A DNA stretch of 64,000 nucleotides from Candidatus Hydrogenedentota bacterium. Its GTDB lineage: Bacteria; Hydrogenedentota; Hydrogenedentia; Hydrogenedentales; SLHB01. The notes below the pieces were generated by a model, which saw only the letters and a list, made by a program, of their open reading frames with translations, was not told where the DNA came from and searched no databases. How positions within the stretch are numbered: the first letter of the stretch is position 1; each line of letters starts with the position of its first letter. Positions 17,722-27,179 of the stretch are shown piece by piece. The stretch is from NCBI GenBank assembly GCA_019695095.1, contig JAIBAQ010000002.1:40995-104994 (forward strand), written 5' to 3'. The position numbers and the translations under genes were made by a program.

Positions 17722-19968
17722 CTATAGGTCTGCTGTTCCCGCCAACTTCACGATCTGATTGGAGCCGTCTTCAAAGACGACTCTGACGTCGCGCGGTGAA
17801 TTCGCAACATCGGTGATGCGATATCCACCGTCGCGTGGCTCCACGCGTACGCCATCGATACCGAATGCCTGGCCGCGCTTGCGGTCGATAAACACGTCGC
17901 CGTAGTGATCGCGAACGCGGTTTCGCGCTTCCGATGCAGCTCCGTTGCCCCAGGTGTAAATCGTGAACTCGCCGATGCCGAGTCCTTCCTTGTCGGTCTC
18001 GCCGCCGTGTCCGTAGTTCTCCATCATGAACCCGTAGTCCGCCGGGCCAAAGAAGGGCCAGACCTTTTCCCAGAGCGCTTTCTGTTGTGGATTCTCAGGG
18101 CAGTACATCATGACAAATGAGGAACGCAGTGCGGCTATGCCGCGCTCGAACAGGTGTGCCTCGCCCATTTCCCTGTAGTAGTCGAGGAACAGTTCGGCAA
18201 AGAGACTTTGCCGCGCATCGTTCCATTCGCCGTCGCAGTTCATGACGCCGAATCCACCCAATGCGGGAATGTGGATGAAGGGAGGTTGCCACGACTGTTG
18301 TGTCATGGAGAGTTCGTCCAACACGCGTCTGCCCCAATCGAGGTATCGAGCCTCTCCCGTGGCGCGGTAGGTGGCGAGCAACGCTTCTGCAGTCCAGAAC
18401 ATGGAGAAATTGCATTGCTTGTACATGCCGTTCCGCGCGATGCGCTTGCCGTAGTACGCTTCTTTGCCCCATCCGCAACACGACCAGTACGTCTCGAAGT
18501 CTTCCCAACGACCCGAGGGCACCACGTCGACCAGCAGCGCGTCCATGGCGCGAACAGCGGCATCGTGATACTTCTTTTCGCCGGTAATGGTCGCAAGTTC
18601 CAGCAGGAATGTAACGCTCATGCTGGTCTCGGGTGATTGCGCAAGCACGGGCGATGGGGCGAACGTCTTGGGTTCGAGCCATGCGGGGAAGAAGCCTTCT
18701 GAATCCTGAAGGGTAAGCAGTTTGTCTGCGTACGCGCTTGCGTATGCCAAGAGACGGGGATCGGCATCAAGCTCGCGATACCAGCGCAGCATGTGAAGAC
18801 AGGTCCAACTTGAATCGAGTACGTGGTACCAATCCGGTGTTACCCCGCGCTCCCAAGGCACTCGGTTCGAATTTGACCAATGACCGGTAGTCCAACCTCT
18901 CGTGCGTTGGATCTTCTTCCCACCGACTTCTTCCTCGTACATGTCGGCTGCGTATACGCCGGGGAATATGCCGTCCCTCTGCGGCGCTGCCAACGAAAAC
19001 TCCTTTGTAAGCATGGCCTTCTGCTCGAGTTCAGCGTTTTGCGTTCTCCGCGCATAGCGGAGCACGCCAGCGGCCGCTCGCAACGAAGCGAACCAGGCTT
19101 GATTCCAAATGGAGAGATTTTCGCGCCACGAAGGTTCGCCTTTGAAGTTGGGCGATTGCGTGACATTCACGATAAAGCACGGTGACCCAACCTTCCTTCC
19201 GTCGATTTCAAATTCCTGCCACACAGGATTGCGCCACGTGTCGAATGCCCACTTATAGGTGTGCTCTACGAAGCGATCCATCGGAACCGTGCTCGGCTCT
19301 CCTTTGGCCAGGAGCGGAGACCCATATCTATCCCATAGCATGCGGGAGACGCGGCCAAATGGATTTCGAGGCACATCATCGTCCATGTATGCCAGCGCCA
19401 AGAAGCCGAATTCGAGTTTGCCAGAGGGCAGCGTCATCCCTGCCTTTTTCTTGTAGAGAACATGCGTTGTCAGTTCCGTGAGAGACATGCCCAGTGTAAG
19501 TCTGGCTTTTGGCGCATCCACATCCATAAACCAAGGAGCCGACTCTATAGCACCGCACAATTCCAGATCGGGCACGATGACAAGTGTTGCTGCGCCTTGA
19601 GACGCTATCAGGGCAGGCGAGCGAAACACATGCTGGGCAATGCAATTCCCGTCTTCCGGGGCCAGATGCGGGGCCCACCAGAAATCGGGTTTGAAAGCAA
19701 GGTCAAAAGGAACCGCGACTTCATCCTGTTGTACGGACTCGTTCAGATTCCACGCGATCCGCACGCGCTTCCATCCGTCACCGGCGTCGGTGATTTCTAC
19801 GGAAGGTTGCGCGGTTTCAGCAATTGAAGGTGCTTTGAAGCGAGCAAGCTCGCTCTTCCCGAGCGCGATGATGCAGAAGTCGGCACTACGGCTGATGTCC
19901 ATTATGTCAGTCCTGTCGGAGGCGGCAAAGACAGAGATTGCCGCAAGTGTTAATTGAACGATTGGCAC
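17722..19968 (-). CDS. Large secreted protein of unknown family (Trp/Tyr-rich, possible six-hairpin glycosidase- or lyase-like fold)
   Basis: N-terminal signal peptide (MPIVQLTLAAISVFAASD). A 748-aa uninterrupted ORF with strong GC3 bias and many W/Y/G residues, typical of carbohydrate-active enzymes. No motif I can assign with confidence. Confidence 0.5.
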   Translation of the reverse strand: MPIVQLTLAAISVFAASDRTDIMDISRSADFCIIALGKSELARFKAPSIAETAQPSVEITDAGDGWKRVRIAWNLNESVQQDEVAVPFDLAFKPDFWWAPHLAPEDGNCIAQHVFRSPALIASQGAATLVIVPDLELCGAIESAPWFMDVDAPKARLTLGMSLTELTTHVLYKKKAGMTLPSGKLEFGFLALAYMDDDVPRNPFGRVSRMLWDRYGSPLLAKGEPSTVPMDRFVEHTYKWAFDTWRNPVWQEFEIDGRKVGSPCFIVNVTQSPNFKGEPSWRENLSIWNQAWFASLRAAAGVLRYARRTQNAELEQKAMLTKEFSLAAPQRDGIFPGVYAADMYEEEVGGKKIQRTRGWTTGHWSNSNRVPWERGVTPDWYHVLDSSWTCLHMLRWYRELDADPRLLAYASAYADKLLTLQDSEGFFPAWLEPKTFAPSPVLAQSPETSMSVTFLLELATITGEKKYHDAAVRAMDALLVDVVPSGRWEDFETYWSCCGWGKEAYYGKRIARNGMYKQCNFSMFWTAEALLATYRATGEARYLDWGRRVLDELSMTQQSWQPPFIHIPALGGFGVMNCDGEWNDARQSLFAELFLDYYREMGEAHLFERGIAALRSSFVMMYCPENPQQKALWEKVWPFFGPADYGFMMENYGHGGETDKEGLGIGEFTIYTWGNGAASEARNRVRDHYGDVFIDRKRGQAFGIDGVRVEPRDGGYRITDVANSPRDVRVVFEDGSNQIVKLAGTADL

Positions 19969-20033
19969 AGAGAATACTCCCCTTGGCCAACTGTTTACGT
20001 TAAATCGCCCGCGATTTGCAACGTTGCTGGCCT

Positions 20034-20226
20034 CTAGTCCGGATTTCTCACGAACACACTTGAGCCCCTATCGTAACCAGTGTGTTTGCGAGCTTGCGGC
20101 GAAAGACATAGCGTTTCTCCGAGAACAGAGTGTGTTCGCGAGAAATCCTCATGGTATAACCTCAAGGTCTTGCACGTTAGCAATTTGCGTCGGCGCTCAA
20201 TCGCGCCGGTGCAAATTGCGGACTAG
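20034..20226 (-). repeat. Copy C of ~195-bp palindromic MITE-like repeat
   Basis: CTAGTCCGG at the left end (20034) and CGGACTAG at the right end (20219-20226). Same internal inverted repeats; shares the GTC/GAC hairpin variant with copy D. Lies between the unknown secreted protein gene and the MtaA-like gene. Confidence 0.9.
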
Positions 20227-20248
20227 GTTGAATGGCGCGATAGTCGCC

Positions 20249-21475
20249 TCATCGTGTATGAATGGCGTCGAACATGGCAACGATATTGTCCGGAGGGACA
20301 TTGGCGAGTATGTTGTGTACCTGTTGGAATACGAACCCACCGTTCGGACGCAAGGCGCGGACTTGCTCAATTACGTGTTGACGCACTTCGTCCGGTGTCC
20401 CATTCGGCAGCACGCGTTGAGTGTCGCAGCCGCCGCCCCAAAAGGTGATGTCGTTGCCAAAATCGCGTTTGATTGTAACGGCGCTCATGCCTGCGCACGA
20501 GATTTGAACGGGATTGATGGCGTCAAGACCTGCATCGATGAGGTCGGGTAACAATTCGCGCACGCCGCCGCAGCAGTGCAGCATCACCTTCACGTCCGCA
20601 AGCTGCTTCGCGCGGCCCCACATGGCTTTGTGGCACGGCTTGAAGTACTCGCGATACATATCCGGCGAGATCTGCGGACCGCCCTGCGACCCCAGATCGT
20701 CTCCAAACAAAATGACGTCGATATACGGACCGACTGCACCCAGGAATCGCTCCAGATTTGCCAGATGAATCTCAAGTAATCGATCCAGAAAAGCGTGGAC
20801 TTTGTCCGGATCTTCCGCCAGCATCATGAGGAAACCATCGTTTCGCCAGAAGAACTGACCCATCTCCAGCGTGTTTCCGCCGAATAACCCAATGATCGCT
20901 TTGTCCGTCGATGCCCGGAGGCGCTTCGCTCCTTCAGCCAGCCGTTGCAGCCCATCCGGACCCGCCGTGAGAGGTCCCGGGGGTGACGCCACAGCGCACC
21001 ACATGCACTCGCTCATTGCGCCAGGAATATTGTCGATGTCTTCGTGCTCAAGGTAAGGATAGTGTGTCTGTTCAAAGTACAACGCGCCGTCGGGCATCTG
21101 GGCAATCACGCGTCCGCTCGTTGAGCGAATCACCCAACGGGCTCCGTCGCGCTCCGGCAAGGCCCACGCGGGCATCTGACACGGTGTGCCGTCCGGCAAT
21201 GTCCAGTCGGCCCAGTCCTTGTCATCCAGGGCAAATGCGCGGCCCAACTCAATGGTGTCAATGCCGAATCGGGTCAGCACGTCATCATCGACGATGGCGA
21301 GTTGCTGCACCGGGTCATAGACACGTATCGGCCGTTTCGGCAGACCAAGGTGATCGCGCAGTCGCGCATAGGCAATAGCCGCAATACCGCTTGAGCGGTG
21401 CCCAGAAAGATCGACAGCGACCCGATCCGGTTCGCGGTGATTCAACGATGCCAGTACTCGTTCGCGCGAATTCAT
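20249..21475 (-). CDS. URO-D superfamily protein of the MtaA/CmuA methylcobamide-methyltransferase type (annotated as uroporphyrinogen decarboxylase family)
   Basis: About 400 aa with the URO-D TIM-barrel fold and an N-terminal RERVLASLNHREPDRV. Zinc-ligand-like H-x-C motif VMLHCCGGV followed ~75 residues later by GGGC, as in MtaA. It is the last gene of the GH-like/symporter operon. Confidence 0.75.
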   Translation of the reverse strand: MNSRERVLASLNHREPDRVAVDLSGHRSSGIAAIAYARLRDHLGLPKRPIRVYDPVQQLAIVDDDVLTRFGIDTIELGRAFALDDKDWADWTLPDGTPCQMPAWALPERDGARWVIRSTSGRVIAQMPDGALYFEQTHYPYLEHEDIDNIPGAMSECMWCAVASPPGPLTAGPDGLQRLAEGAKRLRASTDKAIIGLFGGNTLEMGQFFWRNDGFLMMLAEDPDKVHAFLDRLLEIHLANLERFLGAVGPYIDVILFGDDLGSQGGPQISPDMYREYFKPCHKAMWGRAKQLADVKVMLHCCGGVRELLPDLIDAGLDAINPVQISCAGMSAVTIKRDFGNDITFWGGGCDTQRVLPNGTPDEVRQHVIEQVRALRPNGGFVFQQVHNILANVPPDNIVAMFDAIHTR

Positions 21476-21508
21476 GTGCGATTCCTCATGACCAGTCGAG
21501 AGTTGGCG

Positions 21509-23233
21509 TTATTCATGCTTGAGGTTTCGATACCAGACGAAATACAGGACGACGGTGAGTGCCGCTACAAGAAGTCCCGCGGCTAATGCTTCCGCAAAGC
21601 GATGCAGGACGATGTAAACGGGGCAAAAGTACATAGCGATGAGCCAGGGTATGCCGACAACGACGGTTGTGAGATCCCATTTGAGCGTGGACACTGAGGT
21701 CGTGTCTGCCTCGTGAGCGATTGGTCCCCAGAAACCCCAGGGGCGAACGTCTCGGTAGAAGCGGACTAGCGTTTCGCGATCGGTGGGTTGTGTTAAGAGT
21801 GTTGTGACCACTGCAATTACGAGGACTGTCAGCGCAATTGCGGGAAACGTCATGTAGAGCGGGAGGGCGGAAGCAGCGGGCGTTAAGGCCTGTATGAGGG
21901 ATAGCACCATTCCCGAAAGTGTGCCGACGGCGTAGCCCCAGCCGTTCATGCGCCACCAATACCACCGCAACACATTCGGCAACAGGACCCCGGCGCCCAA
22001 TGTCCCCATGATCCACGTAAACATTTGGTTGATGGAACTGGCCGCGAACCCAACGCACACGCCCAACACAATGAGTAATGCCGAGGAGACATAGCTCGCG
22101 ACAATCAACTGGCGCTGGGAGGCGGCGGGATTGAGGTACTTGTGATAAATGTCCTTTACGATGTAGCTCGCGCCGCCGTTGACGGTCGAGTTAAACGTCG
22201 CGAGGAATCCTGAGAGTAGTGCCGCAAGCACCACGCCACGCACACCTACCGGCAGCATGTTCTGAATGACTGTCGGAAGGACTTTCTCGGGATCGCCTTG
22301 CTCGGCGAGACCCACGATGCCCATCGCGGCGAGTGCCATGGCCATCGGCCAGCGTACGGTGTGAATAGCGCCCCACAATGCACCGAGTTTTGCCGCTTCG
22401 CGCGGATTCTTTGCCGCGAGGAATCTCTGGAAGTCGTAAAGTTGCTCGGGGCCCGAAAGCGATAAAAGGAGTCCCTTTACGACCCATATCATGAGGAGTG
22501 CGCCGAACAACTGGTATTCGGTGCCGTTCAATGAGTCGAAACTCCATCGCGGAATGATGCTGCCCCAATCCGCGCTGACCTTGGCCTGCAGCATTTCCGG
22601 CGAGACATGGGTGAAGCCGAGCCAGGCGATGAGCAGCGCGCCGCACGTGAGTACGATCGTCTGGAATATCTCCACGATGACGACCCCGTGAAATCCGCCC
22701 ATGACGACATAGATACCCGTGATTCCAAGAATAAGTGCCGCGCATGCGTGTTCGTTAAGTCCCAGGAAAACCGCCCCGAACTTGCCCATGCCTGTTGCGC
22801 CGTACGCGAGAAACGCGGTGATCGTAAGTACGGCGTAGAGCGTGTAGGATGCGCGGGCAACTTCGCCCGCTTTGCCCGATCCGAAGCGCGTTTCCATCCA
22901 TTCCGCGCCGGTCATGACGCCAGAGCGGCGAATCCACTTGCCCATATAGGCCATGTAGAAGACGGGAATGATGAAGCCCCAGATCCACTGGACCCAGAAC
23001 CCCTTGAGTCCCATAACGACAAACAGGCTGACGATCCACATCGTGCCGGTAATGTCGAAATAAGAGGAACTGCCCGACATGGCCAGCGCCCACCACGGCA
23101 GTTGGCGTTCGCCAAGGAAATAGCTGCCAATGTTGCGCGCCGCACGCCGTTTCACCATGGTGCCGAGCGCGACCACAACGACAAGGTAGATTATGACAAT
23201 GATGCTATCGACGGTTCCGAGGCGAATTGACAT
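21509..23233 (-). CDS. Sodium:solute symporter (SSS family) transporter
   Basis: A 574-aa polytopic membrane protein with about 13-14 helices and SSS-family conserved segments (GERQLPWWALAMSG..., GGxxGV). Confidence 0.9.
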   Translation of the reverse strand: MSIRLGTVDSIIVIIYLVVVVALGTMVKRRAARNIGSYFLGERQLPWWALAMSGSSSYFDITGTMWIVSLFVVMGLKGFWVQWIWGFIIPVFYMAYMGKWIRRSGVMTGAEWMETRFGSGKAGEVARASYTLYAVLTITAFLAYGATGMGKFGAVFLGLNEHACAALILGITGIYVVMGGFHGVVIVEIFQTIVLTCGALLIAWLGFTHVSPEMLQAKVSADWGSIIPRWSFDSLNGTEYQLFGALLMIWVVKGLLLSLSGPEQLYDFQRFLAAKNPREAAKLGALWGAIHTVRWPMAMALAAMGIVGLAEQGDPEKVLPTVIQNMLPVGVRGVVLAALLSGFLATFNSTVNGGASYIVKDIYHKYLNPAASQRQLIVASYVSSALLIVLGVCVGFAASSINQMFTWIMGTLGAGVLLPNVLRWYWWRMNGWGYAVGTLSGMVLSLIQALTPAASALPLYMTFPAIALTVLVIAVVTTLLTQPTDRETLVRFYRDVRPWGFWGPIAHEADTTSVSTLKWDLTTVVVGIPWLIAMYFCPVYIVLHRFAEALAAGLLVAALTVVLYFVWYRNLKHE

Positions 23234-23302
23234 GGTTGCATTACCCCCGCGACAGCATACCCCGAGAGAGGGGGCGGGTGAAAGTGCCTTGGAGTCCTCG
23301 AA

Positions 23303-25393
23303 CTACCAATACACGTTGCCCGGGCGAGTCGGCTCGTTCGATCTGGCAATCGCGGCTTGGACTAATTCTATGCGCTTCTTCTTCGATTTCTCTGATTTGG
23401 CCTGTTCAAGGATTGCCTTAATCCCGGGAATATCGCGCAGCGGGATATCGAGCTTGAAGTAGCCGGAATTCCGGTCGCCATGAAGTCTCTCTGTCTCGTT
23501 TCCTAGCTTGCCTGCCTGCTCGCGCAAGGCTTTCATTTCGGGAGTCTCAGCGGCCTCCGACAGGACTTGAAGCGCCTGCTCAATGGCCTTGCCGATCTTG
23601 CCGGACGTGAGCGAAGTCTCAAGTGTTTCCCGTGCACGCTGTTCCTTGTCGAGTTCGATGCGCAATTTGTACTGCAGATATTGGTCCAGGAGTGCCTTCT
23701 GCATGTGGAGGCGCCAACGGTAATCGCGCTCCATGCGCCATGCGGGAATCTTCTCGCCTGCTTCCGTTACGAGATCCAGGTAAGTCTTGATGCCCTGATT
23801 TTCCGCAAGCGGAGCTTCGAGATTTTTCTCCAGTTGCAGAAGCGCTTGAACCATGAGCGGCGCGGCGTCCTCACCGAAGTACAGCACGCAATACTCGTTC
23901 ATCACGTCGTCGAGCGAGCGGTTCGGATTCCACAACAGCCGCGCCCACATGTACTGGTGAAATTCATCATGATTCCCTTCCGAGTATATGATGTCTCCTT
24001 CGGAGAACGGCATGATCGATTGGAAGATGCGATACATGGCAACTGGCCGGGCATGGAACGTACGCCGCCCATACGCCTTCACGATATTGGGTTCGGGATT
24101 TTCGACCTCGTACTGTGAACGTATCCAGTGCGTGATATCCGAGTAATGGACGATCCGTTGATCGCCGGGGAGTTGGTTCAGAATCTCGGAAAGGTAGCGG
24201 TTTACGGGACCCTGCCCCGGATATTCGAACAAGTCGTCTCGCATTTCCTTGTCGCGAAAATAGGGCGACATCGCATTGCTTCCGGGACCGTATGCGATTC
24301 CGTAGCACCACGTGCGAGGCGTTTCTCTGAGAAACGAGAAAATGGCGCGGTCGCCGGCATTGTCGAGGCCTTGGTTGGCAACCATGACAATGCTGTTCGG
24401 ATGCAGCGCCTTCCACTTCGTGGCCAGCTCTTCGCACAGATGCATAAACGTATTGCCCCACGGCGTGCATCGTTCGCAGGTGCAGCCACCGGGATCGCCC
24501 GCGAAGAAGCGCAGCACGTCGTGATCGGCACGCCCCGCGAAATCCGTTTCCCACTGCTTCATGAGCGCATCGTGCGCTTCGGGAACGGATGGGCATACCC
24601 AGTCCTTGCCCTCCCACATTTCGCGTCCACCCGCTTTCCATTCCGGCGGGAACTCAGAGCGCAATTGGTTTGGTCGTACGCCCGTCTCCGTCATGAAACC
24701 GAATGATTTGAGAAACCGGTAATAGGGGCAGTCCTCATTCGGAGAATAAAACAGGTTCGCTCCGGCCATGGCATATTCGAGTCCAACGGCATGGAATTCG
24801 TCATCGGTCCAGACGCGCGCTTTGGCGACGCGCAGCATGGCTCCACCTTGATTGGGCGAGAAACCGCGGAAGCGATATGCAGGTGCGGTGCTGACGTTGA
24901 GACTGGGCAGAGTCACGTGATCGGCTTCGTAGTGGAAACGTCGAACGATCTCGCCCACCGCGTACAAGACGGCACGATCATCGACGCCTACCGCCACAAT
25001 CGCATGGCGGCCACTCTCTTGAATGGTTCTGACGGCGAATCCCTCCGGAAACAGTGTGCTTCCTCGCCCCGGCAGAGTGACTGCGTGTGTTGTGCACAGG
25101 TCGTGAAGCCGTCCTTGCGGACGAGATTTGCCGAGAAAGATCTGCAAATCTGCACCCGAGACGGGTTCTTTCGCGATGTCGATGGTTATATTGCTGACCG
25201 AAAGCAGACGAGTTTTGAGCACATCCGCATCTTGGGTTTCCAAGGGTGTTGCGTCGGGTTCAAGCACGATTGCAAGACGGTTAATTGGGACTGGACCCGA
25301 GTCCACTGCGTGAGCTTCGCCGGAGGCGAGTAGTGCCGTGGCGCACAGCGCGCTCAGGCAACAAGTCAACCGAACCAATCGCACTATATTCAT
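23303..25393 (-). CDS. Secreted glycoside-hydrolase-like protein (TIM-barrel; possibly GH20-related/DUF4838-type)
   Basis: Start trimmed to the Met that begins a signal peptide (MNIVRLVRLTCCLSALCATALLASGEAHA). Cys cluster GDPGGCTCERC and Trp-rich catalytic-domain-like segments. Family assignment is uncertain. Confidence 0.5.
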   Translation of the reverse strand: MNIVRLVRLTCCLSALCATALLASGEAHAVDSGPVPINRLAIVLEPDATPLETQDADVLKTRLLSVSNITIDIAKEPVSGADLQIFLGKSRPQGRLHDLCTTHAVTLPGRGSTLFPEGFAVRTIQESGRHAIVAVGVDDRAVLYAVGEIVRRFHYEADHVTLPSLNVSTAPAYRFRGFSPNQGGAMLRVAKARVWTDDEFHAVGLEYAMAGANLFYSPNEDCPYYRFLKSFGFMTETGVRPNQLRSEFPPEWKAGGREMWEGKDWVCPSVPEAHDALMKQWETDFAGRADHDVLRFFAGDPGGCTCERCTPWGNTFMHLCEELATKWKALHPNSIVMVANQGLDNAGDRAIFSFLRETPRTWCYGIAYGPGSNAMSPYFRDKEMRDDLFEYPGQGPVNRYLSEILNQLPGDQRIVHYSDITHWIRSQYEVENPEPNIVKAYGRRTFHARPVAMYRIFQSIMPFSEGDIIYSEGNHDEFHQYMWARLLWNPNRSLDDVMNEYCVLYFGEDAAPLMVQALLQLEKNLEAPLAENQGIKTYLDLVTEAGEKIPAWRMERDYRWRLHMQKALLDQYLQYKLRIELDKEQRARETLETSLTSGKIGKAIEQALQVLSEAAETPEMKALREQAGKLGNETERLHGDRNSGYFKLDIPLRDIPGIKAILEQAKSEKSKKKRIELVQAAIARSNEPTRPGNVYW

Positions 25394-25455
25394 CAGACCT
25401 TCCTCAATGGGTTGAACTCTCTTCTCAACAGCATCAACGATGAGACGGATGGAGG

Positions 25456-27009
25456 CTATTTCACGCGGATTATTCGCCGGTCGATAAATTCCTGGCCGAA
25501 CATGTCGGTTGTGCGGACGTGAACCGTGTGTGTTCCGGGTGCAAGTGTGCCTGCCAGCTTGCCTTTCCACATGTGGTCGGTGACTGATGGCGGGTCCATC
25601 TTCCAGCCAAGCACGGTATCTAGCTTTTTGCCGAGCACTTCTTGATCCAGGTACGGTCCCAATTCGGACATGCGCTTACAGTCGGGGTCTTCCGTGGGCG
25701 ATTGTTCAAGCGGTATCCATTCTCCGCGGTCGATTCGCATGTCCACGCGGGAGCGGCTGGAGCCGGCAAACACGTTTACCAGGACATCTGTATTGGGCAC
25801 ATCGGCCGCTTGGATTTCAGACGGCAAGTAGATGTTCATCTGATAATCGGCGGGACGACGCGACGCCTTGAAGCGAATGCTGTACTCGGCCCCGTTGAAG
25901 GTAAGTACCGAATAGCCGTTGGGGGCTCCGTCATTCATTGTGGCATGCGGAATGCCGCGTTCGTCGAAGGCGCCGCACCACCAGGAACCGCAGACCGTTG
26001 CGTTGACGAAGAGGTGCAACGGGTTTGCACCCGGCCATCCACCGGCTTTGTCCACAAATCGATGAAACTGGGTGTGCGTGTGGGCCGCGATGGCAAGGAC
26101 CTTGGGTCGCCCCGAAAAGAGCGAAAAGAAGTCGTCCCTGTTTTCACAGCGCAAGAAGGGGATGTGCATGAGGAGCACGACCAATCGATCGTTGGAGACT
26201 CTTTCTAGGTAGGCCTTCACAAACGATAGCTGATCGTCCGTGAACCGGCAGACCGATTTGCCATCGGGTTTGAAAAAGACGTCATTCAGGTTGATGAAAG
26301 AAACCTCGCCGTATTCGAAGGCGTACGTGCTCGGACCATAAACGAGCTCATATGTGTCGTCTGCATATTCGTTGGCTGTCGCGTCGCGATTGTAGTCGTG
26401 ATTGCCGAAGGTGTTGTACCACGGAATCCCGATTTGTCCGATGCTCTGATTAATTGTCGTGAACAGGCCCGGGTCGTCAGCGACGATGTCGCCAAGCGAA
26501 ATACCAAAAGCCGCAGATGTCCCGGCACACTCTTCGACCACGTCGTGGGTCACAAAGTCGACTTCCTTTGTGCCGCGCGCCTGAGGGTCGCCAAACAACA
26601 GCACGTCGAACATTGCGGGTTCGTCTTGTTTGAAGACAGCGAAGTTGATGGATGGGGGTAACGGTCCTGTTGGGGGGACGCCCGCCACCTGCTTGACTGG
26701 TGAGCCTTTCGGTTTGTGGTGATAGAAATACTGGGGTATTTGGTCTGAGTTAACTTGGACGCCCCATCCAGCAGGTTTGATGACGAAGAGCGTGCAGTCG
26801 TCGTCTGAAGGAAGAGACCACTTGCCCGATTCATCTGTGACGACCAAATCGCGTCCGTTAGAGACGCACACGTCCGGCACACCCGGTTCGCCGTTGTCGA
26901 GGATGGAATTGCTGTTTAGATCGTTGTACACCATGCCGCGGGCTTCTGCCTGGCCGTGAGCGGCGGCCGTACACGCGAGTGCAACGCCAAGGACTAGTAA
27001 TCGCCGCAT
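25456..27009 (-). CDS. Secreted calcineurin-like metallophosphoesterase with N-terminal SdrD-B/Cna-B-like domain
   Basis: Signal peptide MRRLLVLGVALACTAAAHG. GDPQ and GNHD (NTFGNHDYN) metallophosphatase motifs. Start trimmed from the track ORF. Confidence 0.7.
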   Translation of the reverse strand: MRRLLVLGVALACTAAAHGQAEARGMVYNDLNSNSILDNGEPGVPDVCVSNGRDLVVTDESGKWSLPSDDDCTLFVIKPAGWGVQVNSDQIPQYFYHHKPKGSPVKQVAGVPPTGPLPPSINFAVFKQDEPAMFDVLLFGDPQARGTKEVDFVTHDVVEECAGTSAAFGISLGDIVADDPGLFTTINQSIGQIGIPWYNTFGNHDYNRDATANEYADDTYELVYGPSTYAFEYGEVSFINLNDVFFKPDGKSVCRFTDDQLSFVKAYLERVSNDRLVVLLMHIPFLRCENRDDFFSLFSGRPKVLAIAAHTHTQFHRFVDKAGGWPGANPLHLFVNATVCGSWWCGAFDERGIPHATMNDGAPNGYSVLTFNGAEYSIRFKASRRPADYQMNIYLPSEIQAADVPNTDVLVNVFAGSSRSRVDMRIDRGEWIPLEQSPTEDPDCKRMSELGPYLDQEVLGKKLDTVLGWKMDPPSVTDHMWKGKLAGTLAPGTHTVHVRTTDMFGQEFIDRRIIRVK

Positions 27010-27179
27010 GAGTATGACTCCTAATTGGATATTCGTAACAGAGTCCACTCTACCTGTCGCGCGGGTGCGGGGGCAAAACAGGCGCGGCTTGAACGCCGCG
27101 GACGAAACCTTCAGCATGGGCCTGCACGGCACGGGTTCTCCTCCAATCGTATGTATTCAAGGAAAGGACGGGGTAGGGG

